From Octopus vulgaris (taxonomy: Eukaryota), in contig OX597822.1 of NCBI GenBank assembly GCA_951406725.2, positions 51,150,001-51,214,000 of the forward strand: a stretch of 64,000 nt of DNA. The letters run 5' to 3'. A model generated the notes under the pieces. That model was not told the origin of the DNA, searched no databases, and was given only the letters and a program-made list of their open reading frames with translations. The position numbers were made by a program, and so were the translations under genes. Below, one piece after another: positions 13,931-29,150 of the stretch. Each line of letters begins with the position of its first letter. Positions within the stretch are counted from its first letter, which is position 1.

Positions 13931-15499
13931 ATCAAGTAGCTATTATAATTACTCCTTCATACATTAAGAATCAATAATGTGGTGAATAATCATAATTATT
14001 CTAGGGTAACGTGGATTTAGATAATAAAATAGAGCGTATCATAAGTATCTTCACGCTTGCAATGTAAAGAAAGATTCGATGTGGAGAAGTACATGGAAAG
14101 AGACGAAAAATATACATTTGGGATTTAAATATTTTCGCTTATCGGGCTACGTGATAGAGTTTTCAGTGTTGGAAATTATAATTCATCTTCCAATTGAAAA
14201 AGATTAATTTTAATTACTTTTATTATATATGATTGATCCTCATATATTTCGCATAATCATCTTCTTGTGAATGCAGATATACTCGAGCTAACAATCCGTC
14301 CATATAAATCGCAAAGTAAATTGATGAGTAAAGAAGTCACATAAATTCCTGCTATTTAAATCATCAGTGAAAGAACGGCAATCACAAAAGATATTTCAGA
14401 GTAAATGTAACTTCAGCAAAACTTAACGCAGATGCTACTTGCAGATATAAATTCGTATTTGAAACTTAAAGTTCCTCATGAATTGTGATTTCTCTAAATT
14501 GCAAAACATTTTGAAAGGACACCTTTGTTGTACAAGATTATTAATCCGTTTCACTATATTTGCAAAAATTTGTATGTATTGAGGTTTCTTTAGATGTTCT
14601 GTAGAACAAAAATTGGATTAACATAGGTGATCAAATACAGCTTAGCTCTGAAAAACAAGAAAACTTATACTAAGAACGCGCATGCAAATACACTAGCATA
14701 CAAACACAACACACGAATGCGCCATCGAGTTGGGTGTGCATACTCACACTGAGTAAAATTATAGAAAGTTGTAACAAATTATTTATTTAAATAATCACTG
14801 GAAGAGATGCATTTTACACATTCGATGCATAATAATGATAACATCTCAGTAATGTCCTACATGTGTAAAAATGTGCCGAAAAATTTGAAGTGTTTTTTTT
14901 AAATGGAATGTCGTTTATTGGGTTCTTTTTTATGGCTTTTGTTTACACACGTTTACATATACATACACACATTTACCTATGTAGTGAGGTACTCGTAAAG
15001 ACACCGAAATACCTATGTTCACGGATGCATATATGTGTAAGTGTGTGTGCATGGGTGTGTGTGGGGTATAACTACACGCATAAACACATGTACACATTTA
15101 TGTGTGCATACTCATCCATGTATATATCTAAGTTTACTTGGACACACAGTCACTTTCCGATGTTGTAATTGTTGGGACATGCCAGGTTGTACAAGACAAT
15201 GTAATAAAACAATAAAACGACATAATACATTAGTACAGTATCAATTTCATAGACTAAGCTTATACAAATGCACACATACATGTGCACATTTATATGTACA
15301 TACAGACTTATGCATACACCAATGTGTAGTCAGATAAACATACACGCCCCGATATTGTATTCTGTGGGACATGCCAAGTAAAACAATGATACGACACGAC
15401 ATAATACAACGTTAATACAGCAATAATTACATGCACATAGAGTGTTTGCCAATTAACTGTTCTGCTCATGCATGTTTGTTCGAACAGCAGTCTATAATT

Positions 15500-16300
15500 A
15501 TATGTTCTTGTGTAGTCCGTCTTTAATTATATTAATGGTATTGCGAGCATATACGTCTGATTCAATAAGAAATTTATTGTGCAACATATAATCCATGCAA
15601 AGCTTCAAAGCCGGTGTAGCGATATACTGTGTTGTTGAGAGTAGGATTGTGGTGTGTTCATTTCTCATTGGACATACAGGAAGTGTATGCAGGAGTGAAC
15701 ATATTGGTAGCATACAACATAGTGGGTCGTGAAGTATCTCAGTGATGTTTTTTCGTAATGTGTATCGCAAGGTGTTAACAACGGAGGAATTTTCGGTTAA
15801 ATATCAATAAATCTAGGTAAGTCAGAAATGATAATTATTAAGTCACTGATTATATTAAATTGTGCCTATTATACTGAGCAAAAGCGCATTTCTTAGCATG
15901 CAAACTTCTTACTATTCTTTCAGAAAATTTATTAATGATCTTTTCCCCAGCCAACAAAATGTATTGCTATTCCTCGGAGCATATTCTGCATCTACTGGAA
16001 AGGGCATCGTACAATTGCGCTTGCCTTATTATGGAGCAATTCAGGTTTATATCTTATCGTATTAGATTTGAGCTGCCGCAAGAAATTTGCTAATGATGTT
16101 TAGTGCCTTTTGATGACTTTGTTGAAGCTGGATATATGGTTCCGTTAGCGATTTCTGCACGAATCAACTGCTGAGCCTAGGTACATGGACGGACCTCCTG
16201 TTGTGTAGACGGTGCATTTATATGCAACGTTGCGACTCATCCAGAGGTTCTTCAAAGGTTACTTTGATTTATCGCTGTATGAGCATTTGTAAAATTTTGT
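15500..16300 (-). pseudogene. Possible highly decayed Penelope-type RT fragment
   Basis: LKLCMDYMLHNKFLIESDVY resembles the PLE L...L..N.F.F....Y motif; weak. Confidence 0.3.
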
Positions 16301-17720
16301 TGTATGTGTTTTACTGTTATCCTCAGTTCTCATCACCGTTACTGTTTTATTTATGTCACTATTCCTTTTACTATTACTACGTACCTTTAAAGGATTATTT
16401 TCGATCCGGATTGTAGTATTCGTTTAATCCTTGTAACTGTTATATCCTATATATTATCTTTCATTAATTTTGTTCGTTCCTTTTTTTGGATACCCCACAT
16501 TTTGGCCCACTGGCTTGGTTAATCGGCCCTTCTTTCAATTTTCTATTATCAGTCCGATGTACACATTGCACTATAATTACGGGGATTTGTATATTATACA
16601 TTTATAGTGTGTTCATTAAATATTGTATAGTACCTACTTGATTTACGGAAACATCTATCTAAAGTGACAAAAGACTTCTTTGCGATCCTTGATGAAATTT
16701 TACCTACGTCGGATTTTGACGGACAAATTAGTCTAAGGGGTTCGCTCGTGAAATTAGTTTTGTGGTCTTTTAGCGTAATCCTGGATTTTCTAGGGGCCTA
16801 GGGCTCGGTTCTATCATGTAAAGCTAGCTTCCTGGGTACTTCTAATCCTCTATTGTTCATTCTTGTTAGTGTTTCAGTACTTTCACGTTTGTACATGATA
16901 TCTAATTATTGTGTAATCAATTTCTTATGTAGCACAATATTGACAATCCAAAAGATACCGGATTGTGAGCTGGTACTATTATATCTGGAGCTTTCTTGAA
17001 ATCACCAAGAAATTTTCTGATTTTTTGTTGGTTTTTGTTGTTTCTTCTGCGGGTATTTTTCCCCGATTTTCACGTTCTTATCTATGTTTTATAGCTTTTC
17101 TTTGAACCTGGCTATGTGTTGGTGCGAGAAGGAAGGTAGACTGAACATAAGATGCTGCTGAAGGCTGAAATGAGGACGGGTTGATTATGCTAGAAGGGAG
17201 AAACGAACATGACAATCACCCTCCAAGATAAAGACACTATTACGCTAATGACAGAAATGTCAGAGAAGACACAGCATGTCATTTACAAAGGACTGGAACC
17301 TGAGTGCCGCAGAAATTTCCACTGTATAATTATGACTAGCTGTACTCTACAGTATGCATCCATGATCAATTCTCTCCAAATTTACTGCGTTTCACACCAC
17401 CAAATTACCGCTAAGTAAGCACCAATGCATTGTATGGTGGAAATTCTTGCTTTAAACAAGCGAGATTAATTATCCTGAAAATATCTCTTCCATTCATTGA
17501 GACATTTCATCACAAAAGTTGTTCCGACAGGCATCGAGTTAATTAGTCTCCCACTCCCCACACGGACATTTCCAAAGGAACACATTATGACTCATTTGAA
17601 AGAAAGGTAACTGCTGTCCCTCGTCTACGATTACCCTATTGCTACTTAATTTCTCCTTTGAGATATCTATTAAACAGTGACGTCCTCCATAATCACCGAA
17701 TATTTTACTTGACCCAAATA

Positions 17721-18117
17721 GGCGCAGTCGCGGCTGTGAGTAAGAAGCTTGTTTAACAACCACATGGTTCCGAGTTCATTCTCACTGCATGGTACCTTGA
17801 GCAAGTGTATTTTATTACAGCATCCGGCCGACCAAAGCCTTATGAGTAGATTTGGTAGAGAGAAACTGAAAGAAGCCCGTCGTATAGCTATGTATGTATG
17901 TATATATATATATATATATGTGTGTCTGCGATTGTACCCCCACCATCATTTGACAACTAATGTTTGTGTGCTTATGTTCTCAAAATTTAGCGGTTCGGGA
18001 AAAGAAACTGATAGAATAAGTACTAGGATTAGAAAAAATAATTTCTGGGGTCGATTTCGTCAACGAAAGACGGTGCCCCAGTATGGCTGCAGTGAAATGA
18101 CTGAAACGTGTAAAAGA
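17721..18117 (+). mobile_element. tRNA-derived SINE family A, full length
   Basis: Head GGCGCAGTCGCGGCTGTGAGTAAGAAGCTT...CACATGGTTCCGAGTTC; tail gactgaaacgtgtaaaaga. Confidence 0.85.
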
Positions 18118-19599
18118 CCTTAATATTGTGTTAACATACATTCCGCTCAAATATGTTTGATATAAAATGTACAATTACGTACTGTTTTATACACATAACT
18201 TCTATCTCTAGCATGTTCAGAAAAACAATTGGAAAAGCCTTCTAATAAAATTACTTGCACTTGTTTTTTTTTTATTTCCTCTTAATCCAACTAAAAAAAC
18301 TATCAAATAAGACACTATCTCATTAGTATATAACTTTGATCAAATTTTTATATAGCGTATTAATTTCGGTGTATATGATCCCTAGTTTCTCACCATTTCT
18401 CTTTCTTTTTATGGCTATATTCTATTAATATTGCACTATACAATTCTTCACTAGACACCATAACTACACCCTATAACAGCAACATTTAAGCCAAAAACAG
18501 CTCTAAGCTACAACGTACCACAACACACGCAAGCAAGCGCACACACATTTAGAATACTATATATTTTGTTTGGTATTTAAGAATTACTGTGTACGTAACG
18601 AAGTATATTTTTGAACGCCCTAGCTTTCAATACATCATTGTATTGAGCAATGCATTTAAACGATTCTTCGTCAACGGACTGAATGGATATACGATACGTT
18701 ATTACTGAGTTTTTGAGAATTACTGAGATTCCTCGATGTTATATCAATATTCTGCATTCTCTTGTTACGTTAGCACTTATCCTTTCATAAAAATAAGCAT
18801 ACTTCATCATGTGACGTTTCAATGGATATAAGTCGAAGCATAGGTGATTTCTCAGATATATCTCGTGATATTTTACTAAAAGCTTTCTGCATTCACAAGC
18901 AATATAAATAAAAACTTTTCCATCAATCCTCAATAATCCTTAAACATTCCGTTTCCGGATTATGCTCTGTAGCAAAATATATTCGTTACACTAGCCATTA
19001 TTTTACCGATGTATAAAGAAAACGGCTCCAAAGATAACGCTTACAGACCATACAGCAAAATGAAAAAAATATTAAAAGTAGGGAAAAAAAATGGATTTCT
19101 AAATTAAACTCTCGACCTCATATTTTGATTACACCCCGGCTGTTCTTGACTGCTACTTTATTTAACCGACCGCAGATAGACGCGATATTCAAACGTACGT
19201 GCACACCCCAAAGTTATGACGACGTTGGGGTGTGGACAAGGATGTAGGAATACTATTACCCAAATAAATATTTGGATATGTTTATTTAGAATAACCTGTC
19301 GGAGAAATTACCATATTCATGCAGAACCTACTCTTTAATACGCCAAATGAAGGTACGATATGAAACTAACACAATAATGCAATACGAACGATCAATGCCG
19401 TCAACTGGCTGTCAACTACTACCTGCCAACTGCCGACAGTTCACGCAGTTTCTATATTTTATTGAAATGCGTCAGTCCACTTTTGTTCACGTGAGTGTGA
19501 TCAGGATCATTCCACAACAAATACTTTATCAAGTCTATCTCTTAAAGCTGTGTGTAACCTGAGCATAATGCTAAATCCAAAATCTCAGAACGTCTTACC

Positions 19600-19880
19600 A
19601 ATTCCCTTACCTAAATATACCTGATTTCACAGAGTTGGTAGGCATACTATATGTAGATCTGACTGGAGTTCAATTTGATCTCCTTCTCGAATGATAATTT
19701 TCTTTAGCTTGGAGTCATATGCAAATATTATAATCTTATTTTGCTGTGTTTGATGTCACTTGAGATGTTTATATAAACTACAAAGATAAGCCGGCCAGAA
19801 GTGGATCCCTGGAGAATTTTTCTGCAGCCTCGGTGACTTTTGTTGCACTTAAGTGAATTTCACCGATCGCAACATGTGTT
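19600..19880 (-). pseudogene. CR1/L2-like LINE reverse transcriptase fragment
   Basis: Minus translation QGSTSGRLIFVVYINISSDIKHS...FAYDSKLKKIIIREGDQIELQSDL matches QGS.LGP..F..YIND / FADD.KL / LQ.DL. Confidence 0.6.
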
Positions 19881-20639
19881 CTGCTCACCTGGAAAAGTTT
19901 AATCCAGTGTAGTAGTTTACCACGGATTCCAATATTTGTCAATTATTATGACAAATGGATGATGACCTTTAAACATTTTTAAATTTATAAAACTATATGA
20001 TATAATGTTAAATAAAAACTCGAAATCCTTACTGAATACTTCACCACTAATCATGGTTTCTAAATACCAACTCGCTAAAATCATGTTTTTTGTCTTTTTA
20101 AAAACTAAAAGCAAATGAAGAATTTAAAATTCTCGCTTCGTATAAGAAAATCCCCTTAAAATATAATGCATTTCATTTCAGTTTTCCAGACAAAAGAACA
20201 TTTTGTACTATGATTGCAAAATTCTAAAATTCGTATTTTCACATAAAGATATACAATATTTGACAATATTTTTATGTCAGATTTAAAATTTCTCTGGAAC
20301 TTTAGGAAACCTTATATACGCCGCAATGCTTAAAAATAGCATTCAAACAGGTAGGCACATGCATTCTATACATATATTTGTGTATGTTATGTATGTGTGT
20401 GTGTGTGTGTGTATGTGCGTGTACGTTCGTGCGTGCATGTGTGCGTGCGTGTGTGTGTTTGTGTTCGTGCACGCTAACATGCACGTACACTCAAGATCTA
20501 GCCAGAAAGTAATGCTAATTTAATTTGTATTACTTTCTTATCCAACTCATTTACACATGTATGTATGTATATATGTATATATGTATTATATATGTATATA
20601 TGTATATATGTATGTATGTATATATGTATGTATGCATCA

Positions 20640-21025
20640 TAGGAAGGGTCTTCCTATGATGCTGACATGCAGTGTCTGTGCAAGACTCTGCCTCAGTAAA
20701 GCTGGACTCAAGAGTCATCTTCGTAGTCATAAAGCGAGACAGATGAGTGACAACCTGGCCACTGGTGGTGGTGTAACACATCATACTAATTATATCTGTC
20801 GGGCATGTGGAAGAGAGTGTAATTCGGCAGGAGGACTTAAACGAAATGCAAAGGTACAGTTACAAGTACAGCCGGCTATTACCGGTAAAGATTTTAGTTG
20901 CCAATTCTGTACAAGACATTGTAGATCTTTAGCTGAACTAAAAATTCACATTCGATCACTGCACCAGTAACAGTTCAGCTTCGTGCGATGGCCATACACG
21001 ATAACGAGGGGGCAGCCATGAAAAA
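20640..21025 (+). mobile_element. RTE-type LINE 3' end with three tandem C2H2-like zinc fingers
   Basis: CSVCARLCLSKAGLKSHLRSH, CRACGRECNSAGGLKRNAKVQ, CQFCTRHCRSLAELKIHIRSLH, then a short RTE-like 3'UTR (gccatacacgataacgagggggcagcc). Microsatellite on both sides. Confidence 0.6.
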
Positions 21026-22051
21026 CAAAGATGTATTATGTATATATGCATGTATGTATGTATCGGCCCAAACTTTAAAACGTTCCAAATCAAGGACATG
21101 ATTTCGACGGATTACGTTCCGCGTGTCTTATCATTTCATATACAAAATATGATTCATTGTGACTAATATAAGCCATATGCATGATCTGTAAGCGCTTCAT
21201 TGGGCATATACATTCACCAAGACAACTACTATTTGACCACTGTGAAGGCTATATCTTTTAGCAGTAAATTATATGCTAGGTATTTATTCAAAATATTTAA
21301 TCGAAATTTCAATAATCCTATTGTGAATTCGTTGCGGTTTTGTGATAGTCTTTCTCTCTGTTTTTCGCTATTTTTTTGTGTCCCTTTATAACCGGAGACA
21401 TTTATCTCAACGACTTTAGGAAAGGCTTTACAGATTTTTATTCATTCTCTCTTTTTTTGTGAGAGCATTTATGCAACTAGTAAATACAATTATAGCCGTT
21501 ATTATATCAAATATCATAATCGTAGATTTAATTCTATAAATATCGTCGGAATTGAGTATTTTATTTCATAATACAATTCACATTATATTAATTTTGTCAT
21601 GAGTCACGTGATATTTTTGTAATGTCAAAGAGATGTTTTGTAAAGATATCTGTTTAGATATGTGGATACATTGTTAGTAATGTTAGTTTCAAACGAAATT
21701 TAAATTTTTAGAAATTGTAATGGTTTGCCAATCGATAGTTGGTCGTAAATTTACTTTTGATGTACACTGAATATCTAGTGAATTATTATTACAAAATACA
21801 TTTATTATATTGTCCAATTAATTGCGATATATCTTAAATGTATATGTATGGATTTATCATAGAACACTCATTAATTTTAATTACTTAAACAAATATGTGA
21901 AAACAAGAACGGAAACCATATCAATTTTAAATTTTTCATACTAAATCAGATTATCTTGAATGTCTTTCAATGCATATGTGTGTGTACGGTTTGTGCGTGT
22001 GTGTGTGTATGTAAGTATGTATGTATATATGTATGTATGTATATATGTATA

Positions 22052-22152
<101 letters not shown>

Positions 22153-22549
22153 TTATATATACATAGAGAGAGAGTGAGAAACAGCTATATTTTTACATAG
22201 ATACACTCACGAATATATACATATATCTATATATAGAAATATGTGTATATGTGTGTGATAATGTGTGTGAGTGTTTGTGTGTGTATGTGTGTGTGTGGGG
22301 GGGTATGACAGTAAATCGTGCATTGTTTTTCCTCTGACGGCACAGTATGTTATGATATGCTTAATTTATACTTGGTAATAGCTGAGTCTACAGAACAACA
22401 AATGTCAATAACGTATGGTGTTGTAATGAGGTTATAATTTACCATTTAAGAAATTTATTGTTTCTAGACAAGCTGATCACCATTTTCTCTTACTGTAAAA
22501 TGTTAATGAAAAATGTACTTGAAGACAAAAAAGTGTGCTGGAAGAGCTA

Positions 22550-23250
22550 TACCGTTCAATAAGCCCTGGTGTTTAAAAGAGAATAGTTGTTCGGATCAAA
22601 GTAGATGCTCGGACGTAAAAATATTTGGACATGGAGGGGAATAGGAAATATGTGTAGGCTTCGCCCGATTGGCGCCGAAACTATTGAAATTTCATCAGTA
22701 AAAGAAAAGATATTCTCCTATGATAGAATGAGATGCCACAATCCTCTTGGTTGCGGTTACAGTCTGTTATAAGAGCCGAGTAGAGAAACACCACCACGTC
22801 AAAATTACGATGTATGATGACCTTGGAAAATAACTGACAATGTAGGGACACTTTTGCACAGCGAAAGGAGTGGAAGTTGGGGCACGGATGTTGTCGCATG
22901 TCAGCTTGGAATCCAGGGTGAAAAAAAGAATAGCGACTGTGAAAAGTTAGTCAGAGACAGCCGAGAAGAGCTCAGTGTAGTTATGTGTGAAAATGAATGA
23001 TAGAACTGAAATGGGATATAGCACGCCACTAAAAGGAGGAAGCAAACTCCGTTTGAAACAGTGAAATTTCATGCGGTGGATTGTGTGGTCAAGCAATAAC
23101 TTCACCCAATGTTTCTGAATTCACTAAAGGTGATATGTAAATAACAGCATGAGTGCACCTAAGAGTCACTACCTACGCTGGTCAGGCTCCCTCAGAGTGT
23201 CAGGAACTAACAGGCAAAAACAGTTGTTTGAAGGATTTGTTCTAGTGTCC
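22550..23250 (-). pseudogene. Possible decayed APE endonuclease of a LINE
   Basis: VIIHRNFD (IIxGDFN-like) and a GGV..Y-like motif on the minus strand; weak. Confidence 0.3.
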
Positions 23251-24267
23251 ACTCCACTCACCTCATACAAATTTTCCACTCGTTATTCTTTAAGATGTTT
23301 ACTGTATCTAGCCAAAAGGATGCACCCTTTTATACGTGAAATGTTAATGGTAATGCAAAATTATATTTTCCCTTTTAGTCAGAACACGTTTAACTAAATA
23401 ATTATTTCGGAAGTCTGTCACATCACCATTATATCAATTCACTAAAGATTCGTGTTAGTACTGTAAGTCATTTAGCAAGTTTTACTTCAAACATATCTGT
23501 CTCCATTAGGTAACTGTAGGGTTGTACAAAGATATTTTCTTAAATTCAACAATTTTTATTTGATTAATTATAATCAAAGTAAACCAAGAAAACTTATGTA
23601 CATTAAGATGAGTGGGTGATTCATGAATATATTTCATGAGCACTTAAAAACGAAGAACATGCCACATTATAGAAGCAATATTAGTTGTTTATTAATAGTT
23701 CTCATTTTTTTTTACCGGCATGTAAATGGGATAACACGGAAAGTTTAATCAGCACAGAAGTTTTAACAAGCAAAGATATGTAAATGTACATAATTCATTA
23801 TTTTGATATTTGATTGTGATCATGGAGGTGAATCACATATTAACTCATAATCGCTAACTTAAAAACAGCTTATTCATTTTATCCTGGTACTTCTTTTATT
23901 AATGTCCATTACACTGCATCATTTATTCTAGCCCAAACATACTATGTGAAGAGATGCCTCATTATTCGGTGTTGTACATTTTGTCATCTTTAATAACAAC
24001 TACTAACTCGAAATAGTAGATAAGCTTATGTCTCATCCTTCACCGTGTTTATTATTATTGTGCACTTCTATAATTGCAGATCTTGTTGACTTATATTTCT
24101 GCGCTTTTTCAGAGAGGTGCTATTCCTCATCTGTCACTGCTCAGGATTTTATTTACTCTTCTTTGTCTCACAACTTTACTTGTGTAATTTGTGGAGTTTT
24201 TCCTGAAATGCATATCTTCAGACTCACACTCGCACAACACACGCACGTAGATAGGCAGATAGTTAGT

Positions 24268-24361
<94 letters not shown>

Positions 24362-24724
24362 CATGCATACATACATACATACTTACATACATACTTACAA
24401 ACATACATACATACATGCATACATGTATATGTGGAGGGATGGATGGATGGATGGATCGATGGAGACATAGATAGGTTGCTAGATTGTGTGGACTGTAGAT
24501 AAACAGACATTTCTATGCATATATATGTGTATATAACATATAAGGCGTTCCTGTTTACGTGTGTGTATTTACGTGAATATTTGTTTATTCTTTCATTCTT
24601 TTAATTGTTTCAGTCATTTGACTTTTAGTCGAACTAATCGAACTGAAACTAAACAGAAAGTTTGCATATGTGGGCATAGGATGTCACGTATCATAAACAA
24701 TATAAAAAAACGAAAACATAAGAT

Positions 24725-25580
24725 ACGAAATACGAATACATGGAATATTATGAACTTTTTGCAACAACACGAAAGAAACAAATAGAAAATAAAACAAGTA
24801 ACATAATGAACGACACTTCATCGGTTGTCGGCTGTTTTCTAATCCGTATTTCGAGCAAGCCACCGACAAGATATGCCTTCGATAAAACAGTTGCTCCCGA
24901 AAAGCAAATTAAATAAACTTTGGGATTTTGAGGATGGTCAAAATTGGTAACAAAAATAGGACAGTGAAAACAAATACGAAGGGCTGTTAAGCCTAGATGA
25001 GGTGAGGTGGCGAACGCGAATAAGCAAGTTTGGACAAGACACTGGCAAGACTGGGTTGATTCGTCCAACTAAATCAGAAAAAAAGAAAGATTCACAGGTT
25101 TGGAAAAGAAAGAAAGATGACCGATGGTTACGTGGGATCCACGAGAGAGCAAACTAAGAAGAGTGAGCGAGAGAGAGTGACAGACAGATAATGGAAAAAG
25201 GGAGAGGGAAAAATCAGAGAAAGGATGAGAGAGAAAAAACGAGAGGAGGAGAAGTGGAAATAAAAAGAATTAGAGAAAGGAAGATAATAAACGAAAGAAC
25301 AAAAAAAATAGCAAAATAATAGAATAGAATTGCATCAGAATTATTAAAATAAAACTTACTTGGAAAAAGACATATAAATAATTTATATGTGCATATATAC
25401 ATACGTATATATTTACATCTACACGTCTATACACATGAAATACCAATACGTGGAATATGAATTGTTTTTGCAAAAACGAAACGAGTTGTCGGCTGATTTT
25501 CTAATCCGTATTTCAAGCAATTCAACCATAAAATACTCCTTTGAGAAAACAGTTACTTCGGCAAGGCAAATTAAAATTAT
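24725..25580 (-). repeat. Two copies (24725-24915, 25435-25580) of a pLTR-like repeat with a degenerate hammerhead-like fold
   Basis: Shared aaatac..atac.tggaatat...ttgtcggctg.ttttctaatccgtatttc.agcaa...aaaacagtt.ct.c...gcaaattaaa. Confidence 0.6.
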
Positions 25581-25602
25581 ATATGTATGTATGTGTATAT
25601 TG

Positions 25603-25647
<45 letters not shown>

Positions 25648-26896
25648 GAGAGAGATTATATATATGTATACATATGGTTAAATATATATACATATATATG
25701 TGTGCCTGTGTGCGTGTTTGTGTATGTGTATACGTGCGAGTATATGGTTTTGTGCATGTAATGGAATTTGTTATCAATGTGTGAACATGGAAGTATTACT
25801 GAAGTTATCCGATGACAATAAAAGATGAATGATATGCGGGTGTCTCAGGTATTGACGACGTCCATATGTCCATCGCTTAAGATTAATCTTTATTCAAGGA
25901 GAGGATCTAGTTGCTCTGGCGTCACATATTCCAAAGTAACGTAATACTTTCTCCATGATATACCTCGGGGTTTACAAAATACTCTTTAACTTCTTTCTAT
26001 TTACAATGCCTCTATAGAAACAAAATCAATACTTTACGTTTCAAATACCGACAATTCAATGGTATTAAAGAATATTAGAAATTTATCAAAGGTGATATCA
26101 ATCAAATGGATAAATACCTATATATGTGTATAGAATGTATGTGTGGGGAAGGATTTGCCAGTGCGTGTTGAGTCTTTGTCACCAGAGTCTGTGGTTTTGA
26201 TAATAAATCATATACGTGCCATTGTTGTTTTTCTCTGGTTTAATAATGCATTATGTATGTATATATTCAGTCACTGATACATTTATTTTCATGAGTACCA
26301 TATTGGTATATAACTTAAAGGAAATCAATTATAATTAAGAGATTTTAAACAAAATGTCTGTGCATAATAATAAACAATGACTGATATATATTTGTGTGGA
26401 GGAGTTACTGTGCTTGTGCGTGAGTTTCTACTTATGAATAAATATATTAGAAATTGTTAAAGTTAAAACAATTTCGTCATCTATGACAATAACCGCATGA
26501 TTGTCATTAGAAATGCATATAAACATATGCGTGTGTATATCGTTACGTATATCTGTGTGTATGTGTCTGTTTATGTATATATAATAAATGCACTAACATA
26601 ATTTTAATAAATAGTTCAATTCTGCCCTCGTGAAGTGGAATGCAATCTCAATGTGGGGTATATGCTGTTCTTGAAAGACAATGAAGAGGGTAATCTCACG
26701 AAAATTGGAGCGCTACTGAAAATAGCTTCAGCTTTACAATGTATATTTAGTAGGAACATTATGCAATAGAAGGAAAAGTTGAAGTGTATGAATATATATA
26801 CATAAATTTAATTAAATTACTGAGTATTAATTGAGAGGGCTGTCAATGATAAATAATTGTTACTTTACTTATTTCCATTTTCTATTCTGCTTTTAA

Positions 26897-26955
<59 letters not shown>

Positions 26956-27629
26956 GATATATGTATATCTATGTATGTATGTATATAATGGGCAAGCAGT
27001 ATTTCGGATAAATTTTATTAGCATTTTCGTTTGTTTATAAAACTCGTGAACACAAAATCAAAATGCTAAAAACGGAAAGCTTCCCTGATCGTTTATATTA
27101 ATCAGATATTTTTTTTTGTTTTTGTTTTTGTTTTGTTTTCTTGCTTTGTTTAGAAATGAGGGAAAACATTTTAATATTTTTTGGAGAAAAACATGGGTAA
27201 AGAGAGAATGAAAAGCAAGGAGGGAGGAGGAAAATTGACAGAGAAAGAGAGAGAGAGGTTTGAGATCAATCAAGAAAGAGAACATATGATAACGGATGAG
27301 GAAAGGATCGATAGATAGATAGAGGGATATATATAACTAGATAGACATATATATAAAGAGAGGGGAAGGATTTTGTTCGACTCTATGTGGTCAACCCACT
27401 GAAATTTCAATACAAATTATTTTTTATTTTTTATTTTCTGACCTTTTCTTCTTTCTTTTTCTTCTTTCCTTCCCTATTGTTTACCTATCAATATATTTGT
27501 AAATAGATCGATTTTTTCACAAGGGCTGGGGACGTTACAAGACATCAATTTTAAAGAGTTGGATGGGAAAGATATGATTAGTGGGACGGCGCAATATTCA
27601 CTGAAAAAATTATACACAGGTACACACAA

Positions 27630-27680
<51 letters not shown>

Positions 27681-27731
27681 TTTATATATACACACATACA
27701 CACACACATACATACATACATACACACACAC

Positions 27732-27801
<70 letters not shown>

Positions 27802-27819
27802 CTGACTTAGTATATGTGT

Positions 27820-28330
27820 ATTTATTGGCAAATATAAAAGACCAATTTCCAGAGCTAATGCGAGTCTTTATAGAGACGATGCTCTAGACGCCTAGAACTC
27901 ATAATAAAATGACTATTTAAATTTTTGAAAAGAGTCGGACTATGTATAACTATAGAAAAAGTATACTATACAATTAATTACTTAGATATGAACTGTAATT
28001 TAATATCTGGAATATATGAACCATATATGAAAGCTAATTATAAATTAAGATATATAAATTATCAAAGTAATCGCCCACTTTCAATGAAAAATGCATTAGT
28101 ATATAATATTAGTAAGATAATTTCAGATTTATCTTATAATGAATTATATTTAGTAGAAATAAAAACCAATATGATATGGACGTAAGTAAAGCAGGATATA
28201 AGAATAAATTAAAATATATTAAAGATAATAATATAAATAAAATCAATAAATTTGATAATAGGAATAATAATATAAAAACAAATGATAATAATAAAAATCA
28301 TAGATATATAAAGACCTGAATAAAATTTTA
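27820..28330 (+). pseudogene. Naiad-like Penelope RT fragment
   Basis: [38 protein letters not shown] (GLYRDD / FLDV..L....Y.PY.K.N....Y....SNHP pattern). Confidence 0.7.
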
Positions 28331-28389
28331 AATAATACATACTAAATGAATGAAAATAATTATATAGAAAATTTTTCCGTAATGAGGTA

Positions 28390-29150
28390 AAAAAAACCAA
28401 GACTGTGTAGGTTTTAGAGCATTTATAAAGAGTTCTTACAGCTGTTTTTAGGATATTTATTGTATCCCTTCATCGGAGACGGTGTGAAAAGATGGTTAAG
28501 CAATATTTAAGTTAGATAAGATACGAAATAGAGAGTGAGATGGAGGAATGAAAATGCAGGGATATTGTATTTGTAACTCCATTATTTAGACAGAATAGTT
28601 TACATATAAGATTCCAATACTTTATGATTAAAATCCAATAGTATTTAAAATTGGTCATTCCAAGTATAGAGTTTATACACAGTGTTATTGAATCAAGGGT
28701 TTTATTTAAAGTTACCTAAAAGTAGGGAATGTATTAGTAAGGTCAAATAGAAAACAGAAATAGAGGAAAAGAGAAAAGAAAGAGAATAAAATAAAAATAA
28801 AATAAAATAATAAAAATAAAACAGAAAAAGAAGAACAGGGGGAGAGGAATAAAGAAAAGAAAGAAAAAAGAAAAACAAGGATAGAGAAGTAAGGGAAAGT
28901 GTAGCAGTTAGTGGTCAGTCGAGATAATTTGAAAGTAGGAATGGGGAAATAAGGGTGATAGCGAGAGAAAAGTATTAGATTATAAAAAGATAGAAGGAAT
29001 GAGGTGGGGTAATAGAGAGAGAGAGAGAGAGAGAGGTATAAAAAGTAAAGGAGTGCAGTGATAGGGCAGTGAGATGAGTAGTAGTATGGAATGAAGAATT
29101 TAGGGATTTTAGTGTTTAGACAGGTCAGTGCTTAGTAGAAGAAAATATAT
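28390..29150 (-). mobile_element. PLE pseudo-LTR / 3'UTR of the element at 29472-30200
   Basis: Pyrimidine-rich 3' region on the minus strand ending in a hammerhead motif of the same family as 40915 and 53839. Confidence 0.55.
28433..28480 (-). ncRNA. Degenerate type-I hammerhead ribozyme
   Basis: GTCT CCGATGA A GGGATA caataaa TATCCT AAAAA CAGCTG TA AGAA; core mutated (U4>C, G12>A). Confidence 0.55.
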
